64,000 bases of DNA, from contig OZ316896.1 in the NCBI GenBank assembly GCA_973895155.1, positions 2,914,001 to 2,978,000 of the forward strand, written 5' to 3'. The notes under the pieces are model-generated. The model was given only the letters and a program-made list of their open reading frames with translations, was not told the origin of the DNA and did no database searches. This stretch comes from Marsupella aquatica. Lineage: Eukaryota; Plantae; Marchantiophyta. Below are positions 63,704 through 64,000 of this stretch, in pieces (positions within the stretch are counted from its first letter, which is position 1; the number at the start of each line of letters is the position of its first letter). A program made the translations under genes and the position numbers.

Positions 63704-64000
63704 TAGGATCTTGAGGTAACTATGATTTTTAGCCAAGATTATCCAAATTAATAGAGATTGAAACTTTTTGGTTTTTTTTTAAAATAAGTTTTAGGGTGTG
63801 AGATCCCCAAGTCCCTGGAACAAGAGTTGCAATTATTGTTTTGGCAATGAAACTCTGAAGTTCAACTTTACTACACTCTTCACCGTAATTAGTGTTATGC
63901 CAGAATTAGTGTTACTAACACTAATTTTGGTAAAAATGATTTTGAGCCCAAGTAACACTAATTTTTGTTGGTTTTCAAAACAGATTTTGTTCACTTTAGT

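Overview
This is eukaryotic land-plant nuclear DNA. A non-seed plant such as a bryophyte is my guess from gene divergence and TE content, but it is not proven. The window is gene-poor and rich in transposon debris. The only confidently identifiable host genes are three divergent, intronless DUF679/DMP membrane-protein paralogues (5242-6072 -, 14763-15308 +, 51118-51840 -). They share atypical features: almost no N-terminus, an extended central loop, His->Asn in the DFVHA motif and, in two copies, long C-terminal tails. The mobile elements are: (1) a full-length but disrupted Bianca-like Ty1/copia element (36787-43698) with 107-bp LTRs, a GAACA TSD, a half-tRNA-Ile PBS, a 1.7-kb leader and a ~40-aa insertion in RT; (2) a 5'-truncated RLE-type (CRE-like) non-LTR retroelement; (3) a hAT-like deletion derivative with an 8-bp TSD; (4) pogo-like MITEs; (5) a TTAA-flanked AG..CT element; (6) Helitron-like modules with stacked 3' ends; and (7) a 190-bp foldback. 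A few orphan ORFs (332, 156 and 263 aa) may be real but cannot be assigned. I saw no tRNA, rRNA or CRISPR array. All calls come from reading by eye, with no database searches.
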